Assembly: GCF_006345805.1 (NCBI RefSeq)
Contig: NC_043018.1
Location: forward strand, 27,032,001 to 27,096,000
DNA: 64,000 nucleotides
DNA from: Octopus sinensis
Taxonomy: Eukaryota
Direction: 5' to 3'
Each line of letters opens with the position of its first letter. Position 1 is the stretch's first letter. This document shows positions 37,730 through 51,048 of this stretch, in pieces. The notes under the pieces are model-generated. The model searched no databases. It was not told where the DNA came from and saw nothing but the letters and a program-made list of their open reading frames with translations. A program made the position numbers and the translations under genes.

Positions 37730-38183
37730 TCTATTATAGGCACAAGGCCTGAAATTTGGGGGAAGGGGATAGCCGATTACATTGGACCCCAATATTCAAC
37801 TGGTACGTAATTTATCGATGCCGAAAAGAAGAAAGCTAAAGTCGACCTCGGTGGCATTTGAACCCAGAACGTGAGGACAAACGAAACACCGCTAAGCATT
37901 TCGCCCGGTGTGCTAACGATTCTGCCAGCTCGCCGCCTTTCGCTGCCTTCATACCAATACTGTGAATGTATCACAGTGAGGGGCAAAGTCGAATATATCG
38001 ACATCAATACCTAATACTTTACTTTATACGTTTTGAGAATGAGGTTACAAAAATATGTTACCCATTTTCACTCTGTAACCTGGTTTCTGGTGACCTGTAG
38101 CTGTAGCGAGTTAACTCTGGTGCAAGGAAATGAACCAGGTTACTTGCTCTCTGAAGACGCATGGCTCAGTGGTTAGAGCGTCG

Positions 38184-38596
38184 GGATCTTTTCGGTTTGA
38201 ACGGCAGTTTTTAACATAATTTCTAGGTAACTAAAAAATTTTAATTTCGTATATTGGTAGAATGTGTTTATAAAACATCTTTTTCTCTTGGCTTTATTGA
38301 GAAAATTCTATGGTTTGTAAGATATTTGTTGTCTTTTTCTTCAATTTCTGCAATTTCAACCAATCACTGACGTCTTTTGAGGTAAAAACATTCTGTGCCG
38401 TATGAATATGTCCCTCGTTTAAGAAACAGATTGGGTTTATTTACATTAGTGAAGAAAAAAGATACCCTTCCCCCCACCCCTAACCCTAACCCTAAAACAG
38501 ATTGAAATGCAATAGATCAATACTAGGGTCATAATTATGGGTGACAATTTCATATGACACCGCTAGAAAAAACAGCCGTTCAAACCGAAAAGATCC
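38184..38596. mobile_element. Merlin-like MITE inserted into the head of a family D SINE
   Basis: Same terminal repeats. 8 bp TSD gagcgtcg splits the tRNA-like head tggctcagtggttagagcgtcg|... Confidence 0.9.
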
Positions 38597-39039
38597 GAGC
38601 GTCGCCCTCACAATCATGAAGTAGTGAGTTTGATTCCCGGACCAGGCTGTGTTGTGCTCTTGAGCAAGACACTGTATTTCACGTTGCTCCAGTTCACTCA
38701 TCTGTAGAAATGAGTCGCAATGTTACTAATACAAAGCTGTATCAGTTTTTGCCTTTCCCTTGGATAACATCGGTGGTGTGGAGAGGGAAGGCTGATATGC
38801 AAGGGCAACTGTTGGTCTACCATAAACAACATTGCCAGGACTTGTACCTCGGAGGGAAATTTTCGAGCCATTTTTGTGATAGGTCTCATTTCTTTTTTCA
38901 AGCGATGCCTGTGCATGATGATTTTTTAGAATGGGAAAAGGATTTGCACAAATCCAATTCCACTCTCTGAACACGGACAATATAAACTCAAAAATAGCTA
39001 GTCTAAATCATGTCAGTGGCGCAGTTTTCACTTCTCTTG

Positions 39040-39350
39040 GAGTTTCCCTCTCCTAGAGAGATATTATGGCAACAAAAGTGGGGCCTCCCACTCCCTGTGG
39101 GCCAATCGCGCACCTGAACACCAACCCAAGTATTTCCACGTCTCCACCCGTACACATATTATTGGATGGTCGTTGCCTGCTCATGAGTTCTTCCGCCCTT
39201 TGACAGGTCATATTTTTCGTCCTGCAGTGTCCAACAATCACCCTCCTCACCAAGCAAGCAAGCTTGATGGGGTTACCAGCTTAGTCGCCGACGATCCAAT
39301 TATGCTGCAGGCTGTACTGGGTTACACGTTGCCAGCAGCGCCCAAGAGAG
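39040..39350 (-). mobile_element. Copy of the probable RTE 5' leader family
   Basis: Homologous to 6276-6600 (gtcgtcggcgactaa, caagcttgcttggtgaggagggt, gtcaaagggcgga). Confidence 0.6.
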
Positions 39351-40660
39351 ACCTGATATATACACATGTGTGTGTGTGTGTGTGTAATTATACAGGTGGT
39401 TAGCCAGCTGTTTCCCTTTGATGCACATCTGCTCATTCCATTATTGCAATCAATATGTATCCTCAATTAATGTTGAATGTAAATCAAAACACTCATTAAA
39501 ACTGAAAATCCATTTCTACTCTAGGCACAAGGCCCGAAATTTTGGGGGAGTGGGGAAGTCGATTAGATCGACTGCTGTACACAACTGGTACTTAATTTAT
39601 CGACTCCGAAAGGATAAAGGCAAAGTCGACCTCGGCGGAATTTGAACTCAGGGCGTAGTGGCAGACGAAATACCTATTTCTTTACTACCCGCAAGTTGCT
39701 AAACATAGAGAGGACAAACAAGGACAGACAAACGGATTAAGTCGATTACCATGAACTCAGTGTGTAACTGGTACTTATTTAATCGACTAACTGCAAGTTA
39801 TGGATGATTATTTTATGACTTCATTGCTTTCATGCTTAGCTTAAGGTATTTTCGTTCCCGACATCACAAAATGCATCTGAATAACATTGCCGGACAGCAA
39901 ATAGAGACTCGGACATTGCTTAGAAAATATTTTTTCATTTTTAACCTCGTATATAGTACGTACTAGGGATTTTGACCTTTAAATTTTGTGAAAAAATGCG
40001 GATTATACTCGAGGATTTACGGTATGTAGATATATTAAATATATCTGTATATGTGTTTATATGCGTGTGTGTGTGTATATATATATATATATTAATTATA
40101 TGATAGTGTATATTTATATACACATAAGGAATCTGCACTTAGGGTGAAGATTCAGCACATTAGAGAGCCACAAAAATAATGGACAAGATTTGACAGGAAC
40201 AAAATTTGAAAATGAAAAACGACAGGTAAATGTTAAATGGTAAATGTTTTTCATTTTCAAATTTCATATATGTGTGTGTGTGTATATACACACTCAGACG
40301 CACCTTTTCATTAATTATTATTTATTACTTGAAACTTATGTAGCAGGTTAGGTTCCTGTTCGTTCCGGTGTAAATATTCGTCTCGCTCTTTTAGTCTAAA
40401 TATATACTAAAAAGGAGGCGGGGGGCTGTAAGAGAAAGAACGATATTTCAACATTTCGTTTCCTGACAACCCACGGAAAAATAATGACGGGTGCAGTGAC
40501 GTCTTGGCGTGCAAAAACTCGAATCCAATTGTGACTCCTTTGTTAATCGATGACGTACATTAGGGTTTTATCTTCAGAAGGCAGGTGCATGTTTATTAAA
40601 TACAAAGAGCAACATATTGCATCAGATTATTTCGTCAGCTTTTATTGCTATTAATACTAA

Positions 40661-41600
40661 GGCGGCGAGCTGGCAGAATCGTTAGCACGCCGGGCGAAAT
40701 GCGTAGCCGTATTTCGTCTGCTGTTACGTTCTGAGTTCAAATTCCGCCGAGGTTGACATCGCCTTTCATCCTTTCGGGATCGATAAATTAAGTACCAGTT
40801 ACGCATTGGGGTCGATGTAATCGACTTAATCCGTTTGTTTGTCCCCTCTGTGTTTAGCCCCTTGTGGGTAGTAAAGAAATAAGTATTTCGTCTGCCGTTA
40901 CGTTCTGAGTTCAAATTCCGCCGAGGTCGACATCGCCTTTCATCCTTTCGGGGTCGATGAATTAAGTACCAGTTACGCACTGGGGTCGATATAATCGACT
41001 TAATCCGTTTGTCTGTCCTTGTTTGTCTCCTCTGTGTTTAGCCCCTTGTGGGTAGTAAAGAAATAGAAATAGGTATTTCGTTTGTCTTTACGTTCTGAGT
41101 TCAAATTCCGCCGAGGTCGACATCGCCTTTCATCCTTTCGGGGTCGATAAACTAAGTACCAGTTACGCACTGGCTCGATATAATCGACTTAATCTGTTTG
41201 TCCTCTCTGTGATTAGCCTCTTGTGGGTAGTAAAGAAATAGGTATTTCGTCTGCCGTTACGTTCTGAGTTCAAATTCCGCCGAGATCGATTTTGCCTTTC
41301 ATCCTTTCGGGGTCGATTAAATAAGTACCAGTTACGCACTGGGGTCGATATAATCGACTTATTCCGTTTGTCTGTCCTTGTTTGTCCTCTCTGCGTTTAG
41401 CCCCTTGTGGGTAGTAAAGAATTAGAAATAGGTATTTCGTCTGTCTTTACGTTCCGAGTTCAAATTCCGCCGAGGTCAACTTTGCCTTTCATCCTTTCGA
41501 GGTCGATAAATTAAGTATCAGTTGAATACTGGGGTCGATCTTATCGACTGGGCCCCCATCCCCTCCAAATTTCGGGCCTTATGCCTAGAGTAGAAAAGGA
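40661..41600 (+). mobile_element. Five-unit tandem array of SINE B
   Basis: One full head, then ~170-190 bp units restarting at (g/a)gtatttcgt after each aaagaaata tail (about 40880, 41065, 41240, 41430). Confidence 0.93.
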
Positions 41601-43004
41601 ATTTGACCTCAGAACGTAATAAACCGGAAATAATGCCGGTAAGCATCCTTCCCTACGCGATAACGATTCTGCTGGCTCAAACCGCTTAGAAATAATGCAT
41701 GCAAAGATGGCAAAGGAAACGGTGAAAGTCCTATGTTATCACACGGTCTGCAAAAAACCGCAACCAAAATCTTCATATAATTCACCTGTCTTCTTAAAAA
41801 CAAGGTGTATAATGAAAAATAATAATAATTTTGAAAAATATGGGAATTACTAGAAATTACAAAATCTTCATATAATTCACCTGTCTTCTTAAAAACAAGG
41901 TGTATAATGAAAAATATGGGAATTAGTTTTCCGCCTCTTGACATACTAGACATTACAAATAAATCGTCTGTTCCAAATATAGGAAATCATATGAGAAAAT
42001 TATCTTCGTAAAGATAAGTTACAAAATGCTAAACATATTGCGACAACGAAGGAGTTTCCATGTCGTCTCTTCAACTATCAGAAAAAGCAGCTAAATCTCT
42101 TTCAAATCACATCTCACTGCTCCAAAATAAAGAAGGAACATTGAATAATGTATTCCAAGAAAGATGGGGAGTTTTCATGGATGCATTTCAGTAGCAGAAG
42201 GAAGACTATCTTCTGTAAAAGCATGCTGTTAAATTAAAATTTCGCTTGTGATAGCGACTCGCTTGCACGATTTCGCCAAGTAAACTTACTATCTTTCAGT
42301 CTTGAGACGAGAAGGTTTTTTTCTGTCTTCTGTTAAGATAGCGATAAGTTTCTAAGATCATTCAGAACTCGCTGGATTAAACAACATCGGTTCCTAATTT
42401 ACTTAAGGATTTGTAAAAACCCCAGTAACTATACTAACCATACCACCTCCATCACTACTCATTTCATAGTACATACTGTAGGTTGTTGTGGAGGCACATG
42501 GCCTGGTGGTTAGAGCAGCGGACTTGCAGTCGAGGGATCGCGAGTTCGAATCTCAGACCGGAAGATATGTGTGTTTATGAGCGAAACACCTAAGCTCCAG
42601 CAGAAGGTAAAGGCGAAACTTCTGCTGACTCTTTCGCCACAACTTTCTCTCACTTTTTCCTCTTGCAGCTCACCTGCGACGACCGGCATTGATTTGCCTG
42701 GAAGACTCACAGGCCTAGGTGCCCATTTCTGATATATGAAGCAGTTTGCTGTCAATAAATCAATATTATTGGGTCCAGTGCACTACCTTGTCCGGGTGTT
42801 TCACAAGTTTAGGGATCTAATTCTGAATTAAACATATAGGGCCCAGTACACTGGCTGGCGAAATGGCGGTAGGCATTTCACCCAGAGTGCTAACGATTCT
42901 GCCACCTCAGCGCCTTATAGATGTTTAATTATTAAAGTGGAAAAATTATCCCGAAAGCCATTTCTATTAATTTTTCTCAAATGAATGAATGAATGAATGT
43001 ATTT

Positions 43005-43402
43005 TTTTTACTTGTTTCAGTCATTTGACTGCGGCTATGCTAGAGCACCGCCTTTAATCGAGCAACTCGACCCCAGGACTTATTCTTAAGTATGTATAAG
43101 TAATCCCAGTACTTATTCTATCGGTCTCTTTTGCCGAACCGCTAAGTTACGGGGACATAAACACACCAGCATCGGTTGTCAAGCAATGCTAGGGTGACAA
43201 ACACAGACACACAAACATATACACACACACACATATATACGACGGGCTTCTTTCAGTTTCCGTCTACCAAATTCACTCACAAGGCTTTGGTCGGCCCGAG
43301 GCTATAGTAGAAGACACTTGCCCAAGGTGCCACGCAGTGGGACTGAACCCGGAACCATGTGGTTGAGAAACAAGCTACTTACCACACAGCCACTCCTGCG
43401 CC
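43005..43402 (-). mobile_element. Full-length SINE family A
   Basis: Reverse complement of the consensus. Confidence 0.92.
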
Positions 43403-43880
43403 TGTATGTATGTATGTATGACTGTCTTCTTTCAGTTTCCGTCTACTAGATCCATTCACAAGGCTACGATGGGTTCGCGGCTATAGTAGAAGGCACTTGC
43501 CCAAGGCGCCATGCACTGGGACTGAACCCAGAACCATGCGGTTGGGAAGCAAACTTCTTACCACACAGCCACGCCTACGCCTACAATTAGCGAAAACGTG
43601 ATACATATTTACCGAGCCATCCTCGTTCGCGAGTGACGACGGCTGGCTTCATTAATATTTCGTAGCAGATGACCCACTTTGCTATTACAACAAACTCATT
43701 ACAAAGTTGACTCGGACACGTGTAACAGCTGATTACTGCCTCTTCATTGATTTTATGCAAAGGATCCTTCAAGTCGTTTCACTGCATGATAGGACTATAA
43801 ACACCTGCATTTGCATAATGCGGGTCACCTGAATGAAACATTAGAACGTCTGTGCATTCCTTGGTAACGTCGAAGAAATC

Positions 43881-44466
43881 CAGAGCTGTGGAGTCGGAGT
43901 CAGTAAAATAGACTGCAATCACTTAATTACATAAATGAGTCGAAGTTGGAGGTGCCAATAGTAGAGGAGTCAGAGTCAGGGCCGGAAACAATTAAGGGGT
44001 AGTTAGAGTTGGAGTCAGTAAAATAGACCGCAATCATTTAATTACATAAAGGAGTCGAAGTTGGAGTGCCAATAGTAGAGGAGTCAGAGTCAGGGCCGGA
44101 AACAATTAAGGGGTAGTTAGAGTTGGAGTCAGTAAAATAGACCGCAATCATTTAATTACATAAAGGAGTCGAAGTTGGAGGTGCCAATAGTAGAGGAGTC
44201 AGAGTCAGGGCCGGAAACAATTAAGGGGTAGTTAGAGTTGGAGTCAGTAAAATAGACCGCAATCATTTAATTACATAAAGGAGTCGAAGCTGGAGGTGCC
44301 AATAGTAGAGGAGTCAGAGTCGGGGTCGGAAACAATTAAGGGGTAGTTAGAGCTGGAGTCAGTAAAATAGACCAGAATCGTTTAATTACATAGAGGAGTC
44401 GGAGGTGCCAGTAGTAGAGGAGTCAGAGTTGGAGTCCAAATTTTTTGTTTCGACTCCAGGGCCCTG
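43881..44466. mobile_element. hAT-like MITE containing a 115 bp tandem array
   Basis: Imperfect terminal repeats cagagctgtggagtcg / cgactccagggccctg, 8 bp TSD aagaaatc. cagtaaaatag recurs at 43901, 44016, 44130, 44245 and 44360. Confidence 0.88.
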
Positions 44467-44897
44467 AAGAAATCTCTGTAGAAATCTCAAAGTTTTTGGT
44501 ACTAAGAATGATATCTTTTATTTCGTACTTGTTTCAATAGTTAGACTGTGGTCATGCTGGGGCAGCGTCTTGTAGGGTCTTAGCCGAATGAATCGGCCCC
44601 ACTACTTAGTTTGTTTGCTAAGCCTGGTACTTATCCCATCGGTCAAGCGATGGTAGGGGACAAACACAAAAACGTACATATGCGCGTGAATGCATGTATG
44701 TATGTATACATACATGTGTGTGTGTGTATGACAGGTTTCTTTCACTTTCCGTCTACCAAATCCATTCACAAGGCTTTGGTCGACCCGAGGCTATAGCAGA
44801 AGATAGTTACTCATTATGCTATGCAGTGGTACTGAACTCGGAACATGTAGGTATGTATGGAAGGAAGTGTTTGTATGTATGTATGTATGTATGTATG

Positions 44898-45262
44898 CAA
44901 GGCTGCGATTTAAGGACTGTGTCAAGTCCTCGTTAAAGACTTTTGATATACAGGACACTGACTGGGAGAACAATGCCTGTCATCGCCACAGATGGAGAAA
45001 GCAGGTTAAGGAGGGGATCGACACTTTTGAGAGAGCACGTATCCAGCATGAAAAACTTAAGCGAGCTGCGCGAAAGCGTACGGCTCGTATAGTGAATGGG
45101 GAAAGCTTGGTCAGCAATGTTTGCAGTTGTGTATGCTTGTCAAGAGCAGGGCTCATTAGCCACCAACGGAGCCGCAAATGCAAAATATAAGTTAGTCCTA
45201 GAGCGCACAATGTTCCTGAAGGTCGGCAATGGTCTTCCTCGGTCACGAGTGGACGGCCATCA
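44898..45262 (+). mobile_element. RTE LINE 3' end in (TATG)n
   Basis: RLRFKDCVK...WENNACHRHRWR...CSCVCLSRAGLISHQRSRKCKI-stop (45190), 3' UTR ending ggacggccatcatc. Confidence 0.9.
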
Positions 45263-45309
45263 TCATGTATGTATGGATAGTTGGATGGATAGAGGTATTG
45301 TAAATTGTG

Positions 45310-45580
45310 ATATGGCTGTTGTTCAGAACAGAACATTCGCAACCTGTGGAAAGGTGTGCCTCTCAGTTGGAGGATTAAAAAGGCATGTCAAAAGACTTCG
45401 TAGTGTGGCACCTGTTCCTTCTGCCAGGCCGCACAGCTGTGCATTATGCAACAGAATGTGCAAATCTTTGGCCAAACTCAAGAGTCCTATAAGTGCCTCA
45501 CATCGCATTATCAATGACTCATTTCAATGATTCTCTCTAGCAATGGTTTTGCTCGTATACGAGAAAGTATCTACGATGTA
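45310..45580 (+). mobile_element. 3' end of a second RTE-like family (two C2H2-like motifs)
   Basis: TCGKVCLSVGGLKRH...CALCNRMCKSLAKLKS. The 3' UTR agcaatggttttgctcg parallels the first family's and ends in atgtatg. Confidence 0.6.
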
Positions 45581-45670
45581 TGCATGTGTGTACGCTGGGG
45601 TACTGTACAGTTCTTGGTTTTGGGTAAAACAAAATACAGGAGGACCAGTTAATTATCATTTTATTCAACA

Positions 45671-46065
45671 CTAGCAGTATCGCCCGGCGTTGCTCGGGTT
45701 GTAAGGGAAATAACTATATAAGCATTTTTAGAGAGTTATAGCCAAAAAATAGCAAAAAAATGCATTAAAAATTGAAAAAAAATTAAGGTAAATTTTTTTT
45801 AAATCGTTGACACATCGTAGATATTTTTAGAGAGTTACTTCCCTTATATAAAAGCGAAAAAAAATGCATTAAAATGGAAAAATATGATGGTAAATTTTTT
45901 TTAAATCGTAGACTCATCGTAGACGCGCGCTAATACCCAGAAGGGCTCGATATGAATCACGACTATAAGATACCCGCTTTTGGTTAAACTGCACCGCAAA
46001 ATGTGGGAGTAATTACGAATGTAAATCGAAGGGGACAGACACACAACTTCACTCTTATATAAAGA
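45671..46065 (-). mobile_element. Non-autonomous Helitron
   Basis: On the - strand: A|TCTTTATATAAG start, and subterminal hairpin cccgagcaacgccggg followed by CTAG|T. Confidence 0.85.
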
Positions 46066-46069
46066 TGCT

Positions 46070-46392
46070 TTTTTTTTTCAGTCATAGAGTTAGATTTATG
46101 AAGGTCTTCAGTAGAAAATCCTTCGAATTCTGACTCGCTGCTTGATATAATGAAATTCGTATCCATTTTTTGTCAGAATTACAAATTTTAAAAACACAAT
46201 AGGAACAAATTTCGGAAAAAAATCTCCCATAATTCACGGAATTAAAATTACACTTCGATTTTTGTACAAAACTGTATTTGAAGTGTTTACGGAGTATAAT
46301 ACGTGTTTTCACGAATGTACTAAAGAGATTTACTCTGATATTCTCATTTAAATATGAATAGGTAAATTCGGGCGGTTTGGTAACGAAAGGGT
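46070..46392 (-). mobile_element. piggyBac-like 5' remnant
   Basis: aaccctttcgttacc terminus-like motif, and MDTNFIISSSESEFEGFSTEDL, an acidic N-terminus typical of piggyBac transposases. Confidence 0.45.
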
Positions 46393-47491
46393 TTATATAA
46401 GTGTCGTCTGTTTATACATAAACACTGTTTCATAGTTTCAGTTTAGTCTTGCTCAAATCACTGTCGCTAATTTACTCTCTTCCAAGAACATTTTCACTCA
46501 CTGTTATCTGTTAGCTTCCCATACATTTTACTCATGTATCTATCAGCGTGATAGACAGAAACAAATATTACATTTACTTTCATTTTATTCGTTGCCCACT
46601 GTGTGTGTGCGTTTGCGTGTGGTGTAAACCAGACTAAGAAAAGCATTTGACACACACACCAGAATGTGAGTTTTCTGTAAATTTTGCTTAATTGGAGTTT
46701 AAATTTTAAAAAATAGACCTGGCATGACGCGATGTATTGTACTCTTAAAACTGCTAGGTAAATTGTAATTGAAGAAATCCTATATTGTAGATTTGTATAA
46801 CTCCCAAAGGGAGGCAAAATGCGTAGCGGTATTTCGTCTGCCGTTACGTTGTGAGTTCAAATTCCGCCGAGGTCGACTTTGCCTTTCATCCTTTCGGCGT
46901 TGATAAATTAAGTACCAGTTACGCACTGGGGTCGATGTAATCGACTTAATCCGTTTGTCTGTCCTTGTTTCTCCCCTCTGTGTTTAGCCCCTTGGGGGTA
47001 GTAAAGAAATAGGTATTTAAATTGGGATGAGCCTCGTCCCAGTATTGCTTTAACCGGTTCATGTATCCGATTGGAGGGACATCTCGGGCTTTTTCATAGC
47101 ACCGAAGTAAATCTCGGTTTGGTGTTGAGTCCAGGTAAAATGAGAAGAGTACTTACGTCTTCTTAAAATAACTTAGTGCTGAAATAGTTCTGTTCTCATC
47201 AGGGGTGACGTTGTTAGTTTCATCTGTGGTGGTGTTAGTTTCAGCCATAGCCGTGTTAGCCAAATTCTCCGTGTTGCAGATGTATATTTTAAAATCTGTT
47301 CAGGATAACGCTACATTGGTGAATAAAAGGTGTTTCTCTTATTAATTTCTGTAGAAATAAACCAGTTACCGATTTAGGCTGGGGAAATCGGCATATTTCT
47401 AGCGGAAAGCATTCAAAACGAACTTTTTAAACAGTCCTCTACACCTGCACGTCCGAGGTTGACGGCACCATATTATGTGTGTATGTATGTA

Positions 47492-48402
47492 TCTCTTATT
47501 ATAAAAGGCAGATTTTATCTGCCTCCCTTTGGGAGTTATAGAAATCTACAATATAGGATTTCTTCAATTACAATTTACCTAGCAATTTTAAGAGTACAAT
47601 GCATCGCGTCATGCCAAGTCCAGTTTTTAAAATTTAAACTCCAATTAAGCAAAATTTACAGAAAACTCACATTCTGGTGTGTGTGTCAAATGCTTTTCTT
47701 AGTCTGGTTTACACCACACGCAAACGCACACACACACAAAGGGAGCGAATTGTTTCACTGACGCTATCACCCTTCTCCTCCTTTGTCTTTGCAAGTTGGC
47801 AGCTATTAAAGTGAAAACAGTGAATCCGACAGCGATAAAGAAAACGAATTGGTACCTGAATGGAGTGAAAATTAAAAAAACTGTTTCTTTCGGTGAGTTT
47901 TCTGAAGAAACTGGACCAAGCCACAGACTTTCCCAGAAGAGTAAAAATTAAGGCCTATTTTGCCGTAAATATTATTATGGGTATCAGAAAGTTACCCAGA
48001 ATAACAAATTCTATCGTAAAATTTTGTTGTATACCCAATTGAATATTAGCTAATAACCCATTTTCTATAGCGATGTTTGAACAAAATTTTAATAATTTTA
48101 CAGAAAGTTACCCAGAATAACAAACGAGCCCTTCTGGGTATTAGCGCGCGTCTACGATGAGTCTACGATTTAAAAAAAATTACCATCATATTTTTTAATT
48201 TTAATGCATTTTTTTCGCTTTTATATAAGGGAAGTAACTCTCTAAAAATATCTACGATGTGTCAACGATTTAAAGAAAAATTTACCTTAATTTTTTTTCA
48301 ATTTTTAATGCATTTTTTTGCTACTTTTTGGCTATAACTCTCTAAAAATGCTTATATAGTTATTTCCCTTACAACCCGAGCAACGCCGGGCGATACTGCT
48401 AG
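47492..48402 (+). mobile_element. Non-autonomous Helitron, about 0.9 kb
   Basis: A|TCTCTTATTATAAAAG start, hairpin at 48375-48390, CTAG|T end. Confidence 0.88.
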
Positions 48403-48404
48403 TG

Positions 48405-48715
48405 TATGTATAAATGTGTGTATGAATGTATGCATGCATGCATACATGTATGTATTTATGTATGTATGCATGCATGCGTGTATGCATGCATGCATGTATG
48501 TATGCATGCATGTATGTATGTATGTATGTATGCATGCGTGCATGTATGTACATACGCATGTATGTATGTATGTATGTATGTATGTATGCATGCGTGTATG
48601 CATGCATGTATGTATGTCTGTACGTATGTATGCGCGTACGTACGTATGTGTATGTGCGTATATATGTATGTATGCATGTGTGTGTATGTATATGTGTGTG
48701 CATGTACGTATGTAT
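48405..48715. repeat. (TATG/CATG)n microsatellite
   Basis: Direct reading. Confidence 0.95.
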
Positions 48716-49489
48716 ATTGGAATACGACTTTATTCTCCAGCGTATACTTCATTTTAAGGTGGTAGGGCGTAAATTTGAAAGAGATTTGGCAGCTATTTCT
48801 AGCACGTCTATTCACTTCTTAGAGATATGTTTGACTATTGCTGTTTAACCCCCGCCCCTGGCCGGCCATCCAACAAATAAGCGTCCCAACTATGACCGTC
48901 TCTTCTGTGTCCTTCCGTTATTAAGGGATCGAGGGGAATTTGGCTGTTATTTCACCCATGTCAAGCGACCACGTTAGAGACCTCCTCGTTGCTTCATAGC
49001 ATTGTTATTTAGCCACGGTTAGCCATAAGCAAGCAGGCCTATGATCAAAATCATTTATTCCAACCATGACAGTTTCGCTAGTTTTTTTTTTCCTGGCATA
49101 ATACACCGAGGACTACATCCTCAAATATGTCCTTTGTTTTGTAAGACATGAAGCTGTTATATAAAGAAGTGGGGGTTTGGCTGCTATTTCTAGCCGGTCC
49201 AGAGACCACCTTGAGGCTCCGTCGATGTACATAGATGTTGATGTAGATTTTTATTTATCTTTTCCAGACACCCACGCCCTCTATCCGTGACAGGTTGTAA
49301 CTATTGTCTCCTCCCCCAACCCATCGATTCTTGTTTACCGCCTTTCTGCACACGTGACTATATCAAACTGACAACACACACACATGTACACCTTACACCC
49401 ACGCACTCACACACATACATGCATGCATATACACATACATACATGTGTTCACACGCGCACGCACGCACTTGAAGGTCATTCACAATCGA

Positions 49490-50400
49490 CATTGAAACAT
49501 CGATCAGCATCATCATCATCATCATCATCGTCATCGCCGCCGCCGCAGTCATCACTACCATCATCGTCAGCATCATCATCATCACCGCCATCATCGTCAT
49601 CATCATCATCGACATCATTGTCGACACTACCGCTGCCTCCACTTTCATCACCACCATCATCATCATCATCATCATAATAATAATAATCAACACCATCATC
49701 ATCGTCATGCTCATGATCATCATCATCATCATCACCGACGCCACCACTCTCGCCTCCGTCTTACCTCCATCATCATCATCATCACTATCATTGTCGTCGT
49801 CATCATCATGATCACGATCGCCGCCGCACCCCCCCAACACCATCACGATTGCTAACAATTTTTGCCCCCCCCCACCCAATCACTATAACCATTTCCACCA
49901 TCAACAACAAAACATCACCTCACCACTCACCGCTACTGCCATTCCTGTAATCTCTACAATCACTGTTTACTCTTGACACCACTTCCACTGCAACTGCTAC
50001 CATAACAGCCAATACAACCACTTCTACCACCACCACTACCACCAACGCTACTGCAACCGCTACTGCTGCTGCCGCTATTACTGCCACTACCACCGCTACA
50101 ATCATTGCAACCGCCACCACTACCACAATGAATACAACTACTGCTACCACTACTACCACCACTACCACCAATACAACTCCTCCTACCACTTCTACTACTA
50201 CCACCGCTACTGCAATCTCATTACAACTACTAATTCCACCTCCAGTGCACCTGGTAACACCACAACCACCCTCGCTGCTGCTGCTACTGCTACTACTATT
50301 ACTACAACTACTACTACCTTCAAAAGTGCAACTATTCCCACCACCACAACTACTGCAGCCGCTACTATCATTGTACTGCCTCATCAGTATTCATCTCTCC
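49490..50400. repeat. Degenerate trinucleotide low-complexity tract (CAT/CAC/ACT). Similar tracts at 52140-52430, 53090-53820, 55190-55510 and 55840-56060
   Basis: Direct reading. Explains the poly-T/V/H/M ORFs in the track. Confidence 0.92.
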
Positions 50401-50789
50401 TACTCCGACCTTCACTGCCTCAACGAGCCTGGGTAGGAGCTTCTAAATGGTCGCTCGAACAGCCAGAAATAGCAGCCAAATCATAATCAAATCATAGTCT
50501 TTTTTCTTTTAATGGAGTAAAACATATTCGATACAACAGTCTGAAAATAAAAATAAATGGTGTGATCACTTTTGGAATGTCTTTGAGTAACATTACCCTT
50601 AAGTAAGTGCAGGCGTGGCTGTGTGGTAAGAAGCTTGCTTCCCAACTGTATGGTTCCGGGTTCAGTCCCACTGCGTGGCACTTTAGGCAAGTATCTGCTA
50701 CTATAGCTTCGGGCCGACCAAAACCTTGTGAGTGGATTTGGTTGAGGGAAAGTGAAAGAAGCCCGTCGAATACATAGACACATATATAA

Positions 50790-50925
50790 ATATGTGTGTA
50801 TGTGTATATATAAACATATATATATATATAATATATGTATGTATATATATATATATATTATATATATATAAATGTACATATATGTATATATAGAGAGAGA
50901 GACATGTGTGTATATAATATATATA

Positions 50926-50986
<61 letters not shown>

Positions 50987-50987
50987 T

Positions 50988-51048
<61 letters not shown>

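Noticed and set aside
43881-44466. Regularly spaced repeats that might suggest a CRISPR array (also the SINE B arrays)
   Set aside because: Units are full-length tandem copies with no unique spacers, in a eukaryotic context with no cas genes.
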